DNA from: Candidatus Latescibacterota bacterium
GTDB taxonomy: Bacteria; Latescibacterota; UBA2968; GCA-2709665
DNA: 64,000 nucleotides
Direction of reading: 5' to 3'
Assembly (NCBI GenBank): GCA_965219455.1
Contig: OZ244744.1
Coordinates: forward strand, 3,072,001-3,136,000
Position 1 is the stretch's first letter, and the number at the start of each line of letters is the position of its first letter. A program made the translations under genes and the position numbers. The notes under the pieces were generated by a model that was given only the letters and a program-made list of their open reading frames with translations, did no database searches and was not told the origin of the DNA. Of the stretch, positions 1-9,968 are shown piece by piece.

Positions 1-35
1 CCGAATTTCGGCAATCTATTTCCGGGACAGAACAC
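1..35. repeat. Right terminal repeat of a MITE-like family (…TTTCCGGGACAGAACAC)
   Basis: Same ~35-bp end recurs at 6820-6854, 17890-17924, 58173-58208 and inverted at 44677-44716. Confidence 0.7.
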
Positions 36-54
36 TTCGCCTCGGGTTCGCTCC

Positions 55-855
55 ATGCCTTCTAAGGACGAAAAGCAACCCCTCAACTGGTCAGCCCTGA
101 CCTCCGTGAGTTTCGCCGGCGTTCAGATCGCCGCGATCGCCGGTGTGGCGCTGGTCGTCGTGGCGGCTTCCGAACTCCTGGTCCGCGCCTGGGACGTCCC
201 GTCCTATGTGTTCCCGCTACCGAGTGAGATCGCATCCGCGCTCTACCGGACCTTCCCGTTGATCTGGCCGCATCTCGTGGTCACGCTTCAGGAACTCGGT
301 CTGGGATACGCTATCGGGGCTGTCGTCGGCATTCTTCTGGCCGCTCTCATCACCCAGTTTCCCTTTGTGGAAAAAATCGTTACGCCGTATATCCTCATTC
401 TGGTCACCACGCCCATGCTCGCCCTGGTGCCCCTGCTGATCCTCAAGTTCGGGTTCGGCCAGACGCCACGGGTTATCGCCGTCGCTCTCGCGGTCGGCCC
501 GATGGTGATGATCAACGCCGCCACGGGCTTCCGCAGAACCGACCTGGCAAAAATCGCCCTCGCACGCTCGTACGGCGCCACGACATTTCAGATTTTCCAC
601 AAGGTCCGCTTTCCGCTCGCTCTGCCGATGATCATCGTCGGACTCATGGTGGGAGGCATCTTCGGCCTGCTGACCGCGATTGGCGCGGAGATGGTGGGGG
701 GCGGTTCCGGCCTGGGCAATCGCCTGGTGTACTATTCCTCCCTCGCACGCATGTCCAGCTTTTTCGCCGTAATTATCCTGATTGCCGCGATCGGCATCGG
801 GCTTTACGTCGCTTTTTACCTGATCGGAAAGAAATGGGCGAATTGGGAGAATTAG
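55..855 (+). CDS. ABC transporter permease, NitT/TauT (SsuC-like) family
   Basis: Six hydrophobic segments; EAA-like loop 'LARSYGATTFQIFHKVRFPLALP'; 'AIGAEMVGGGSGLG' motif. Confidence 0.9.
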   Translation: MPSKDEKQPLNWSALTSVSFAGVQIAAIAGVALVVVAASELLVRAWDVPSYVFPLPSEIASALYRTFPLIWPHLVVTLQELGLGYAIGAVVGILLAALITQFPFVEKIVTPYILILVTTPMLALVPLLILKFGFGQTPRVIAVALAVGPMVMINAATGFRRTDLAKIALARSYGATTFQIFHKVRFPLALPMIIVGLMVGGIFGLLTAIGAEMVGGGSGLGNRLVYYSSLARMSSFFAVIILIAAIGIGLYVAFYLIGKKWANWEN

Positions 856-1086
856 TGTTCCGTCCGGGAAATATCTAACCATTCTTCCAACCCCAAACGT
901 CCCCTATTCCCTTGCCGTTTTTCGAATGGCCGGGAGACGCAAGACGGGAGAGATTGCCTGCCCCGTGAGGTTTCAGTTCAGACCGGAGGCATAGAGGAAG
1001 GGCAGATCGGGCAAGGATTTCTTCTACCGTCTACCGTTTCACGTCTTCCCGCTTTTTCACGAAGGGCGCCGCTCGGCGCGGGGCCG

Positions 1087-1206
1087 GACCTACCCCTAAC
1101 CCCCTTCCTGAAGGAAGGGGGAACGATGATTGGTCAATATATCGGCGAGGCGACTCTTAGTTTACCTCCCCCTTTCCTTTAGGAGAGGGGGCCGGGGGGA
1201 GAGGTC
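1087..1206. repeat. REP/MITE-like element with GACCT…AGGTC ends and CCCCTTCC…GGAAGGGG palindromes
   Basis: Similar elements at 17658-17807, 44794-44947 (inverted), 57592/58046-58084; partial at ~26500-26535. Confidence 0.7.
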
Positions 1207-1248
1207 CCGCTTTCGCCAATCGCCAGGAATCAACAAGGAGGTCTTCAG

Positions 1249-2361
1249 ATGAACAAAGACACCCTCACACGCCGCCAGTTTCTGGGTTATTCATCCGCCA
1301 TGGGCGTCCTGTTTTGTCTTCCGGCAAACCCACTCAGCGCTGGCGAGGCCGACAAAATCGTCTGGGTTTCGCCCCGTGGGAACCTGGAAGTGATGGACGA
1401 CTTCAACCTGTGGGTCGCCCACGAAAGGGGCTACTTCAAGGAGATGAACCTGGACGTCGTGTTGCAACCCGGTCCCACGGAAGCCATGGCGGTTACCAAA
1501 CTCGTGGGCCAGAAACAGGCCGACATCGGTTTTCCGTCTCCCGGCGTTCTGCTGTCCAGTGTCGACGCGGGTATCCCGGTTGTGCTCGTCTGGGAAATGG
1601 TGATGAAGCAGGTCTTCGACTTCGCCCTGCCCGAAGACAGTCCTATTGCGAAGGTCCAGGACCTGGAAGGCAAAACCATTGCTGTCGCCTCCGAAGGATG
1701 GCGTGTGATCATTGACCCCATCCTGGTGGAAGCCGGTGTCGATCCCAAGGCCGTGACCTACCTCAACGGCGGCCCGCAGTGGGGGCAGATGGTCGCTCTC
1801 GGCCGCGCGGACGCGGGACTTGCATGGCGAGGGCTGGCCGCCCAGTGGAAGGCCCTTGGAATGAAGCTCAAGTTCCTTGTCGGGATGGAGTTCTCCAATC
1901 ATCCATCCAACGGATATGCCATCCACCGCGACGACCTGAAGGACGAAATCCGCGTCGACGTCTGGACGCGCTTCTTCAAGGCCAATTGCCTGGCCTACGA
2001 GTTTACACGAGCCAATCCGCGCGCAGCAGGTCAGATCACCTACGGCCGCTTTCCGGACTTGCGCGAACAGATGGCGCCCCAGCTTGCGATGGATTCCATG
2101 CTCGAGTTGGGCACCATGTACTTTGACGGCGGCCGCGTCGGCAAAGGATACGGATACAGCGACCTGGAATCCTGGCAGGCCTACATCGACACCGTGCACA
2201 AACTTGGGCAGATCGAGAACCACTACAAGGCCGAGGACGTCGTCAGCAACGCCTTCGTCAAGGAGGCCAACAACATCGACAAGGCGCGCGCCCGTGCGGA
2301 AGGCAAGGCCTTCAAGCTCAACGATCAGTTTAAGGATCTGAAAGTCAACTATCCGGTGTGA
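1249..2361 (+). CDS. ABC substrate-binding protein, NMT1/THI5/SsuA-like, Tat-exported
   Basis: TRRQFLG twin-arginine signal; 'GYFKEMNLDV', 'DLEGKTIAV' motifs; AGGAGG RBS; follows the permease. Confidence 0.85.
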   Translation: MNKDTLTRRQFLGYSSAMGVLFCLPANPLSAGEADKIVWVSPRGNLEVMDDFNLWVAHERGYFKEMNLDVVLQPGPTEAMAVTKLVGQKQADIGFPSPGVLLSSVDAGIPVVLVWEMVMKQVFDFALPEDSPIAKVQDLEGKTIAVASEGWRVIIDPILVEAGVDPKAVTYLNGGPQWGQMVALGRADAGLAWRGLAAQWKALGMKLKFLVGMEFSNHPSNGYAIHRDDLKDEIRVDVWTRFFKANCLAYEFTRANPRAAGQITYGRFPDLREQMAPQLAMDSMLELGTMYFDGGRVGKGYGYSDLESWQAYIDTVHKLGQIENHYKAEDVVSNAFVKEANNIDKARARAEGKAFKLNDQFKDLKVNYPV

Positions 2362-2380
2362 GTGTGAAAAGCCGTGAAGG

Positions 2381-2503
2381 GGAAGAATCTTCCCCACCCC
2401 CATGACGTCCCCTATTCCCTTGCCCTTTTTCTTGCATCGCCCAAGAAAAAGGGCGAAAAAGAAGGACGCCGCTCGGCGCGGGGCCGGTTTTTCCGTGAAC
2501 CAC
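2381..2503. repeat. Intergenic repeat family A (13-bp hairpin GCCCTTTTTCTTG-N7-CAAGAAAAAGGGC)
   Basis: Near-identical blocks at 8073-8162 and 57670-57790; fragments at ~897-916, 1060-1087, 22913-22950. Confidence 0.8.
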
Positions 2504-3199
2504 ATCAGGGGAACAAATGGGATTCAGGTGCCCTGAGAGCCCCTCAGGTGTACCAATACACCGGTGCTGGACGGAATAGCACGGAGAATCCGCCTCCGCC
2601 CGCGCAGCGGGTGACCTGTTGTTCCGGTGATTCTACGGGACAACAGGGGACGTCTGTTTCTGGCGTTCGAGGCTGATGGTGAGCGGCGCGTTTCTTGCCG
2701 CGAACAAACCCCCCACTTCGCCACCGGACGGCAGCAAGTTTGACCGGAATGGACCGCCGCGTGGATTTGCGGTTTTCCCGCTGTTTGTTGTTAGCTGACT
2801 GCTGACGGCCAATTGCTGCTCGCTACTCAGGTAGCAATATGGTTGTCTCACGCGATTCCTATACGGAGCAATACCAGAGCAGAGCGCGCGGTTCCGTTCA
2901 GCACCCAGGATCGTTGATTTTCTGTGGCCGGCAGGGCTGATGATCATGTGCATCCCGTGTGGCAATTCGCGCAATGCATATGGCAGGCCCCGCGCCCAGC
3001 GGCGACTTTTGGTTCCTTTTGGTCGCTTCAAAAGGAACCCGCCGGAGGCAGGGAATTTGGGGAGATGTGGATGTTGAACTTGGGTTTCGCCTTTGGCTGA
3101 CGGCTTACTGCTGATAGCTTATAGCTCCTCGCTCACGGGATACCAATCCTAATACGCTCGGAATGCCTTGCGAGAGGACTTTCATAGGAGACACTGACG

Positions 3200-4381
3200 A
3201 TGGCCGATGAAGGCAGCGCGAAATATCCCGGTATCAGGATCACCGCCGTGGACACCTTCCTGGTGGAAGGCAACTGCTGTTTCGTGAAGATCAGTACCAA
3301 CGAGGGGATCACGGGACTGGGCGAGGGCTCGATCAGCGACAACAAGGTGGGCACGATCGCCCAGTGCATCAAAGACCTGGAGGGCCACCTCATCGGCAAG
3401 AATCCCACGGACATCGAGTATCTTTGGCAGGGGCTCTACCGCTGGAACCGCTGGCACGTGGGCGTGCTTTTCAGCACCGCCCTCAGCGCCATCGATATCG
3501 CCCTGTGGGATATCCTCGGAAAGATCGCGGGCCTGCCGATCTACAAGCTCCTCGGAGGCGCCGCGCGGGACAAGGTCCGCATCTACGCCGGCGGCAGCGG
3601 GAAGTCGGGCGTGCAGCGCGCCCGGAGCATGGGATGCAATGCCGTCAAGACGGGGCCGCCGGTGACCAGGGTCGACGACCCTCTCACCGTGCCGATGCCC
3701 TGGGACCTGAAACGGGCAGCCCGGCAGATCGAGGAGATGCGGGTCGAAGGGGGAGATGACTTCGACATCCTCATCGACGCCCACGGCCGGCTGACGCCGA
3801 CTATGGCGCTGGAGTATTGCAAGGCCGTGGAGCCCTACCGCCCCTTCTGGGTGGAGGAACCGATCCAGGTGGAAGGATCGAACGACGCCCTCGAGTGGCT
3901 GAGCGACCGCACGACGGTGCCCCTGTGCATGGGCGAGCGGAACTTCACCAAGTGGGGCTTCCAGGACATCATCGCCAAGCGCCTGGTGAGCTACCTCAAT
4001 CCGGATATCGTCCACTGCGGCGGCATCTCGGAGTTCAAGAAGATCGCGGCCATGGCGGAGGCGCAGTACATCCAGGTTTCTCCCCACATCACCTACAGCA
4101 GGGTTGGAGTCACCGCCGAGATCCACATGGGCCTGAACTGCCCCAACAGCGTCATCCAGGAGATGGCCTCCTACGCGGACGACCCCACCAGGGAGACGAC
4201 CGACTGGAGGGACGACCTGTTCTACGGGCACCGGTACCGGATCGAGGACGGTTTCGTGACGTTGCCCGACACCCCCGGTCTCGGACTCGAGCTGAACGAG
4301 GAGGTAGCCCGGGCGCATCCCTACGAACCGCAACTCCGCGAGGAACTCAGGTACGAGGACGGGTCGGTGGAGGACAACTGA
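3200..4381 (+). CDS. Mandelate racemase/muconate lactonizing enzyme family dehydratase (DgoD-like)
   Basis: 'SAIDIALWDILGK..GLPIYKLLGG', 'IDAHG', 'WVEEP', 'MGER' enolase-superfamily motifs. Confidence 0.9.
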   Translation: MADEGSAKYPGIRITAVDTFLVEGNCCFVKISTNEGITGLGEGSISDNKVGTIAQCIKDLEGHLIGKNPTDIEYLWQGLYRWNRWHVGVLFSTALSAIDIALWDILGKIAGLPIYKLLGGAARDKVRIYAGGSGKSGVQRARSMGCNAVKTGPPVTRVDDPLTVPMPWDLKRAARQIEEMRVEGGDDFDILIDAHGRLTPTMALEYCKAVEPYRPFWVEEPIQVEGSNDALEWLSDRTTVPLCMGERNFTKWGFQDIIAKRLVSYLNPDIVHCGGISEFKKIAAMAEAQYIQVSPHITYSRVGVTAEIHMGLNCPNSVIQEMASYADDPTRETTDWRDDLFYGHRYRIEDGFVTLPDTPGLGLELNEEVARAHPYEPQLREELRYEDGSVEDN

Positions 4382-4421
4382 AGAGCGAGAAGTCGAAGCA
4401 CTCTCTGACCGGCTGAAGGGG

Positions 4422-4480
4422 TAGCAGTCCGTTGAAAAAGTCGCTCTGCAGCCCGGATGGACTTTATCAACGGACTGTTA
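4422..4480. repeat. Mini inverted-repeat element / probable bidirectional terminator
   Basis: AGCAGTCCGTTGAAAAAGTC … GACTTTATCAACGGACTGTT imperfect 20-bp inverted repeat between convergent genes; ends resemble IS1182/IS5-type termini. Confidence 0.55.
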
Positions 4481-4510
4481 GTTCATTTATTGACCCACGC
4501 TTGTAGCCAA

Positions 4511-6637
4511 TCAAGTATTCATCACTACCGCTGCATGGCTATCCGGGCCGCAAACCCCCGCGCTGTTGCGCGCCTTGAGCCGCAGTTGGTTCAGGCCTTC
4601 GTGCAGTCTCCACTCCAGCGAGGGGTCTGTTTGTTCGCTCCATTCGGCTCTGTCGATCTGCACCAGAAATGCGTCAAAGCAAGGCGTCTCGGTATCCACG
4701 TCCACGCGCAGGACATCCGGCTCGGCGGTTTCGCTCAAGTAGAGTTCCGTCTGGTTGAGCGGGGGACTGAAATCCTGCCAGCGCCTGGTGTGTTGGGGAT
4801 ATTCGCGTTTGCGGGGGAACACATCGCTGTAGAAGCAATAGAAGAGATCGCTTCCCCAGTTGCTGGAGAGTCGCCACGGTAGCGGCCAGGGCCGGCTGAC
4901 AAAGTCGTTGCGCCGCACCATTTGCAAGTGTCCTTTGAGCATCAGGTGCTCCGGCCCTCCGCTCAGGTCGTCAATCGAAAAAGCATTGTCGCCCTGGCGA
5001 TAGGCAACGCGCGCGGCACGGAGCATTTCGAGGTCCGGCAGGCGCCACTGGATGGGATATTCCCAGGTCGCCGGTCCCGGCATGATTTCGGCCAGGCGTT
5101 CGCTGATTTCCACCAGACTCAGGGGAATGCCCGTGTCGGGATCGTAAATGTAGTAATCGCGCGTCGCATCCAGGAATATCCACTTGTCGAACTCGTTGGA
5201 CCATACTTCGGCCACTTCGTGCCCGTACGTGTGCTTGGTGGAGATGTTGACCCAGCGGGCCGGAAAGCCCATGGCCAGACAGGCGGCGATTAAGGTCAGG
5301 TTACAGTAGAGGCAGTGGCCATCGCGTCGGCGTTTCCGGTCGTCGCCCGGCAGACCGGGGCGTCCACTTGCATCCCTATCGAGTCGAGGCAGATCAAAGT
5401 AATTCCATTGGTAGGCATCCAGGCGACCGAGCGGCACTTTGTAGGCCCAGTGCATGAGTTGCAGCTGGGCTTCGAACTCAGTCGCCGCGCCTGAGACCAT
5501 CGCGTCCAGTTCAAAGCGGTGGCGCAGTTCGTTCAAGCGGGCGAATTCTTCGTGGACGTAGGGTAGGGATGGACGGATGACGCGACCGTTGCGGAACCGG
5601 AGAAGGTGGTAACGTCTATTGGAGCGGTGCTTGTGCTCGCGGCACTTCGCTTCAACGGAAATACCTTTGAATACCGGCGTCACCAGCGGATTGTGGGCGT
5701 ACATGACAATCTTGAACTGCAAGTAGCGTCCAGCAGGAGCGCACCATGTCCTGGAGAAATTCGCTACGGACTCGAAAGGGGACCACGCGGCCGCTGTAGG
5801 CACTGGATTGTCGCCCAGACGCGCCTCTATTTCTACCTGGCTTCCCTCGGGCACATCCACCTCCCATCCTACCCGGCACGCTTCGATGTCGAGCAATTTC
5901 GCTATTCTTTTTGTATCCTCTCCTGTAGCCAGGTCGATCACCGGCGAGACAAAGGTGCCCTGCGGTACGCTGCGATCCAGACTTAGGCGGATGGTGTACT
6001 CCCCGTCGATTTCATCTTTCCAGCCCAGGTGCTCAAAATCCCAGGTACGGCCTCCGTCCCGGCTCTTGGCGCTGCGGTCAGGGTGGCAGAGCCGCGTTTC
6101 AGAGCCCCGCTTGTATTCTCCATCGGCTGCCACCATGATTTCCCAACTGGTCTCCTCCGATTCGGCCCACAGGACGAACTCATTGGTACCCTGCCGCAGG
6201 GCGCCCACCGGCACGGCCACCACGAACCAGTTGTCGAAGTGCGAGCCTCCCCAGTCGGTGGTGTAGTAGTGGCGGGCAGAGGGGTGGGCTATCTTGCTCG
6301 GAGGGCGGATCAAGTGGTGACCATTGATGGAGACGTGGAGTGCATGGTCATTGTCGTCCATTTCCCGTCCGTTGAAGATCAGATAGGCGGCTATGGCGCG
6401 AGGATCATCCAGGACCAGATCTTTGCGCGCCATCACGCCTTCCTGCAATTTCTCAAACCACGACCGGTCCTCAGCGCCCTGGGGCCGGCCGATGGCTGGC
6501 GCATCGTCTTCGACCAGGAGCATATCATTGAGAACGATAGCCTTTTTCAGCTCGCAGTATCGGAGTTGATCGAACTGACCTCGTACTTCGAGCGCCGTGG
6601 CATCGAGCGCAAAACTGAAACTGCTCTCTATCGACAT
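4511..6637 (-). CDS. Transglutaminase-like domain protein
   Basis: Cys-His-Asp triad pattern 'GHCLYCN…GFPARWV…HEVAEVWSNEFDKWIFLD'; ATG at 6637 with GAGGAG RBS. Confidence 0.7.
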   Translation of the reverse strand: MSIESSFSFALDATALEVRGQFDQLRYCELKKAIVLNDMLLVEDDAPAIGRPQGAEDRSWFEKLQEGVMARKDLVLDDPRAIAAYLIFNGREMDDNDHALHVSINGHHLIRPPSKIAHPSARHYYTTDWGGSHFDNWFVVAVPVGALRQGTNEFVLWAESEETSWEIMVAADGEYKRGSETRLCHPDRSAKSRDGGRTWDFEHLGWKDEIDGEYTIRLSLDRSVPQGTFVSPVIDLATGEDTKRIAKLLDIEACRVGWEVDVPEGSQVEIEARLGDNPVPTAAAWSPFESVANFSRTWCAPAGRYLQFKIVMYAHNPLVTPVFKGISVEAKCREHKHRSNRRYHLLRFRNGRVIRPSLPYVHEEFARLNELRHRFELDAMVSGAATEFEAQLQLMHWAYKVPLGRLDAYQWNYFDLPRLDRDASGRPGLPGDDRKRRRDGHCLYCNLTLIAACLAMGFPARWVNISTKHTYGHEVAEVWSNEFDKWIFLDATRDYYIYDPDTGIPLSLVEISERLAEIMPGPATWEYPIQWRLPDLEMLRAARVAYRQGDNAFSIDDLSGGPEHLMLKGHLQMVRRNDFVSRPWPLPWRLSSNWGSDLFYCFYSDVFPRKREYPQHTRRWQDFSPPLNQTELYLSETAEPDVLRVDVDTETPCFDAFLVQIDRAEWSEQTDPSLEWRLHEGLNQLRLKARNSAGVCGPDSHAAVVMNT

Positions 6638-6658
6638 ATTTGAATACTCCTCTGGCAA

Positions 6659-6854
6659 GTGTCCTGTCCCAAAGCTACCTCACCATTCGGCCGCCTGCCT
6701 GCGCCAAGCAACGCGCGGCAGGCAGGTCCCGCGGCGTTGGGCCGACCTTACGCAGGTCGCCTGCGTTCAGGCGCTGGGTCCTGAGCCTGTCGAAGGATGC
6801 GAGACGGGCGACTCGACGGCCGAATTTTGGCAACTTATTTCCGGGACAGAACAC
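6659..6854. mobile_element. MITE-like element with terminal inverted repeats GTGTCCTGTCCC…GGGACAGAACAC, containing REP palindromes
   Basis: TIRs visible; internal CCTGCCTGC…GCAGGCAGG and CCTGAGCCTGTCGAAGG REPs. Confidence 0.6.
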
Positions 6855-6864
6855 TCGATCCTGG

Positions 6865-7920
6865 TCATCTCCACGCCGCGCGCAGCAAGCGGACCCAGTT
6901 TCCGTGCATGATGTCGGCAACGTCGGTCTGCGAGTAACCGCGTTTTTCGAGGATGGCGGGAATCTTCCGCAGGTCGGCGATGGTGTCGAGATCGGAGGGG
7001 CACTGCTCCTTGCCGTAGCCGCCGTCCAGGTCGGTGCCGATGGCGGCGTGGCGGGAACTCCCGGTTAGCTGGCAGACGTGGTCGATGTGGTCTACCGCGG
7101 TCTCCAGCGTGATGCCCGTGTTGTCCATGGCTGCCGGGTCCCACAAGGGGGAGATCATCCAGATGTCCATGGCTGTGCCAATGACGCCGCCGCGCTGCGC
7201 CAGCATTTTGATCTGTCGATCGTCGAGCTGGCGGTCGTGGTCGCACAGGGTCCGACAGCAGTTGTGCGTGGCCAGCGCGGGACCGGTGAAAATCTCCAGG
7301 GCTTCCCAGAATGCCTGCTCGGCCAGGTGGCTCACATCGAGGATTATCCTGGCCGCCTCCAGGGCTTCGAGCATGGGGCGGCCCCTGGCCGTCAGGCCAC
7401 CGGGAGCCTGGGTCCCGTGTGAGTAGGAGCTGACCCCGTAGTGACACAAGCTCACGATCCGCAGGCCTTCATCCCACCACGCGGCTACCTGTTCGGGCGC
7501 CACAATGCCGTCCGCCCCTTCCATGCTGAGAACAAACCCCAGCGGGGTCGTCTGCGGATCGTTGTCCCACTCGGCCAGATGGGCGTCGAGTTCAGCGCGA
7601 TCGCGTATCTGGCGCAAGACTCCCTTGGCCTCCATCAGGCGGTAGTAGGCTAACTCGCCCTTGCACCTGGCGTAGGCAATGTCCTGGGTGCGCACCCCGG
7701 GAAAACGCTTGCCCATCGAAGCAAGCCGACAGCCCATGGTGACGAAGAAGAGGCCGATCCCGCCGCGCCGCAGTTCGGCGAAATTCACCACGTTCAGGCC
7801 GCGGCCCTTCTGCGCCATTCCGGCCTCGGCCTCGCGTATTTTGGCGATGGGCTGGAGCAAGTCCCGGTCCCATTCGAGCGCGTTGTAGGCGATATCGAGG
7901 TGGGCGTCGACGATCAGCAT
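6865..7920 (-). CDS. Membrane dipeptidase (peptidase M19)
   Basis: 'IVDAHLD', 'SMEGAD', 'LDVSH', 'ATH', 'IGTDLDGG' motifs. Confidence 0.9.
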   Translation of the reverse strand: MLIVDAHLDIAYNALEWDRDLLQPIAKIREAEAGMAQKGRGLNVVNFAELRRGGIGLFFVTMGCRLASMGKRFPGVRTQDIAYARCKGELAYYRLMEAKGVLRQIRDRAELDAHLAEWDNDPQTTPLGFVLSMEGADGIVAPEQVAAWWDEGLRIVSLCHYGVSSYSHGTQAPGGLTARGRPMLEALEAARIILDVSHLAEQAFWEALEIFTGPALATHNCCRTLCDHDRQLDDRQIKMLAQRGGVIGTAMDIWMISPLWDPAAMDNTGITLETAVDHIDHVCQLTGSSRHAAIGTDLDGGYGKEQCPSDLDTIADLRKIPAILEKRGYSQTDVADIMHGNWVRLLRAAWR

Positions 7921-8072
7921 GGAGGTTCTCCCATCAATAATATTCTGGCGAATTTAAAAGCCGGTTTTGTCCGCCGAAGGCAGGGGCCCTAGGGAAATGT
8001 GGATGTTGAATCTCGTATTTTGTTCTTTTTTCGTTCTTGCTTTCTCTTTACTTCTTCCCCGCCCTCTAAATT

Positions 8073-8162
8073 CCCCTATTTCCTTGCCCTTTTTCTTGCT
8101 TCGCCCAAGAAAAAGGGCGAAAAAGAAGGGCGCCGCTCGGCGCGGGGCCGGTTTTTCCACGA
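8073..8162. repeat. Intergenic repeat family A copy
   Basis: Matches 2406-2500 and 57691-57785. Confidence 0.8.
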
Positions 8163-8405
8163 ATCTGGCCAGCGGCGTTAACGAACGATTGTGCCCTGCG
8201 TACGCATATAGCTTCACGGAACTGCAGTGGTGGACGGATTAGCGTGGAAAAACCCCCAACACCGCCACCGGGCGGCCGTGAAGGGTCCTCTTCAAGGATT
8301 GCCGATAGGTTCCATGCCTTTACCGCTTTTCGCTGACAGCTGAAAACTGATGGCTGACAGCTTACGGCTGATAGCTGACGGCTTTTTTCCCCGGCTGCCG
8401 ATGTA

Positions 8406-9899
8406 TCAATTCCTGATTTTTTCGAACAAGGCCTCGACCTCCGCCTCCTTCTCCTCGCTGCGCTTGCTGATATAACCCTCGCCGAAGTAGATGACCAGTG
8501 CAACCAGGATCTCCACCCCCGTGTATAGTTCGAACCTGTCGGTGAACTGAATCATGATGAAATAGGTGATCACACCGCCGATAAACGACAGGATTGCACC
8601 CCGCGCCGTCGGGCGTTTCCATATCATACCGAACATCAATGGGATCGCGATGGGCGACAGGAGGCCGCCGAACAGTTTTACGGTGAGAGCAAACACCTTA
8701 TTCATTCCCTGACTCTGGGAGATCACAATTGCCGTCACCACAACCGCGATGCCGAAAATTGCCGTGATGGTCATGCCCGCCCTGAACAACGCCCTGTCAT
8801 CGATCTCCGGCCTGAAATTGCGCTGGTAGAAATCCTTGGTGAACACCGCGGCAAGCGCGTTGATATCGCTGTCTATCATGGACATGGTCGCGGCAAACAT
8901 GGAACATACAAGCAGTCCGATCAGCCCTGGCGCCAGCGTCGACAGTATTTTCTGCGTGACAAGGATATATGTCTGATCCAGATCGAAGCCGGCGACCGGC
9001 TGGAGCGTGACCGGATCGAAGTATTCGGGCATCAGCAGCGGCGCGGCCCACGCGGGGACGAAAATGACGATGGGATAGAACAGATAGAGAATCGCCGACA
9101 GAAGCGCCGCCTTCTGGGCATCCCTCGGCTTTTCCACCGACACGAATCGCTGCGCCAGTCCCCAGGTGCCCCCATTGTAGCTGAAAATGATCACAACCAA
9201 ATAAACCAGCCAGAAGCTCACGCTGATTCCACCCGAAGCATTGAAAAAGCCGGCGCGCTCTCGGGGCAGGCTGTCCCACATCGCGTTCCAGCCTCCCACC
9301 ATATCCAGCGCGATAAACAGCACGGCCAGACTCATGACGAGTTGTACCACGAACTGTACCAGGTCCGTGAGTACAGTCGCCCACAACCCGCCTATAAACA
9401 CGTAGGCGATGGTAATCAGACCCGAAACGACGATAACAGGGACTACCGCCCAACCGGTAACCACATGGACGACAATTGAGATTGCGAACAACTTGATCCC
9501 GAGGTCGATGAACTTGATGAGAATTCCGGAAATCGCGATCAGACCTCTCACGGAATTGCCGTAACGCGCTTCCAGATATTCCACTGGCGTCAGGACTTTC
9601 AACCTCGACCATCGCGGCGCCCAGGCGAGGCATCCGATCACCAGCGCCACGAACACGCCAAGCGAAAACAGGGTCCACATGCTGAACCCCGTGACCGCGG
9701 CACGTCCGGCAAAACCCACGAACGCGACCGCGCTATATCCCGACACATGGTGTGAGATGGCCGCCATCCACCAGGGCAACCCGTGCCCCGCCGCGAAGTA
9801 CTGTTCCACGTTGCCGGACTTCCGCTTTGCCAGAATTCCGATCCAGGCCATCAATGCGGCGTAGACCGCGATTACGGCATAATCGGTTAGTGTGAGCAT
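8406..9899 (-). CDS. Sodium:solute symporter family protein
   Basis: 'YFAAGHGLPWW', 'EYLEARYG', 'GGLWATVLTD', 'AQRF', 'AATMS' SSS motifs; many TM helices. Confidence 0.9.
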   Translation of the reverse strand: MLTLTDYAVIAVYAALMAWIGILAKRKSGNVEQYFAAGHGLPWWMAAISHHVSGYSAVAFVGFAGRAAVTGFSMWTLFSLGVFVALVIGCLAWAPRWSRLKVLTPVEYLEARYGNSVRGLIAISGILIKFIDLGIKLFAISIVVHVVTGWAVVPVIVVSGLITIAYVFIGGLWATVLTDLVQFVVQLVMSLAVLFIALDMVGGWNAMWDSLPRERAGFFNASGGISVSFWLVYLVVIIFSYNGGTWGLAQRFVSVEKPRDAQKAALLSAILYLFYPIVIFVPAWAAPLLMPEYFDPVTLQPVAGFDLDQTYILVTQKILSTLAPGLIGLLVCSMFAATMSMIDSDINALAAVFTKDFYQRNFRPEIDDRALFRAGMTITAIFGIAVVVTAIVISQSQGMNKVFALTVKLFGGLLSPIAIPLMFGMIWKRPTARGAILSFIGGVITYFIMIQFTDRFELYTGVEILVALVIYFGEGYISKRSEEKEAEVEALFEKIRN

Positions 9900-9968
9900 A
9901 GCCCCTTCCTGTAAAAACAACAACTCAGAATACCGGTTTCATGGTAGGTCCACCCTCGGTGGGTTCAT

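Noticed and set aside
2374-2676. ORFs 2374-2676, 7967-8242, 7999-8181 and 57629-58060 with similar peptides
   Set aside because: They are translations of the non-coding repeat family A in varying frames
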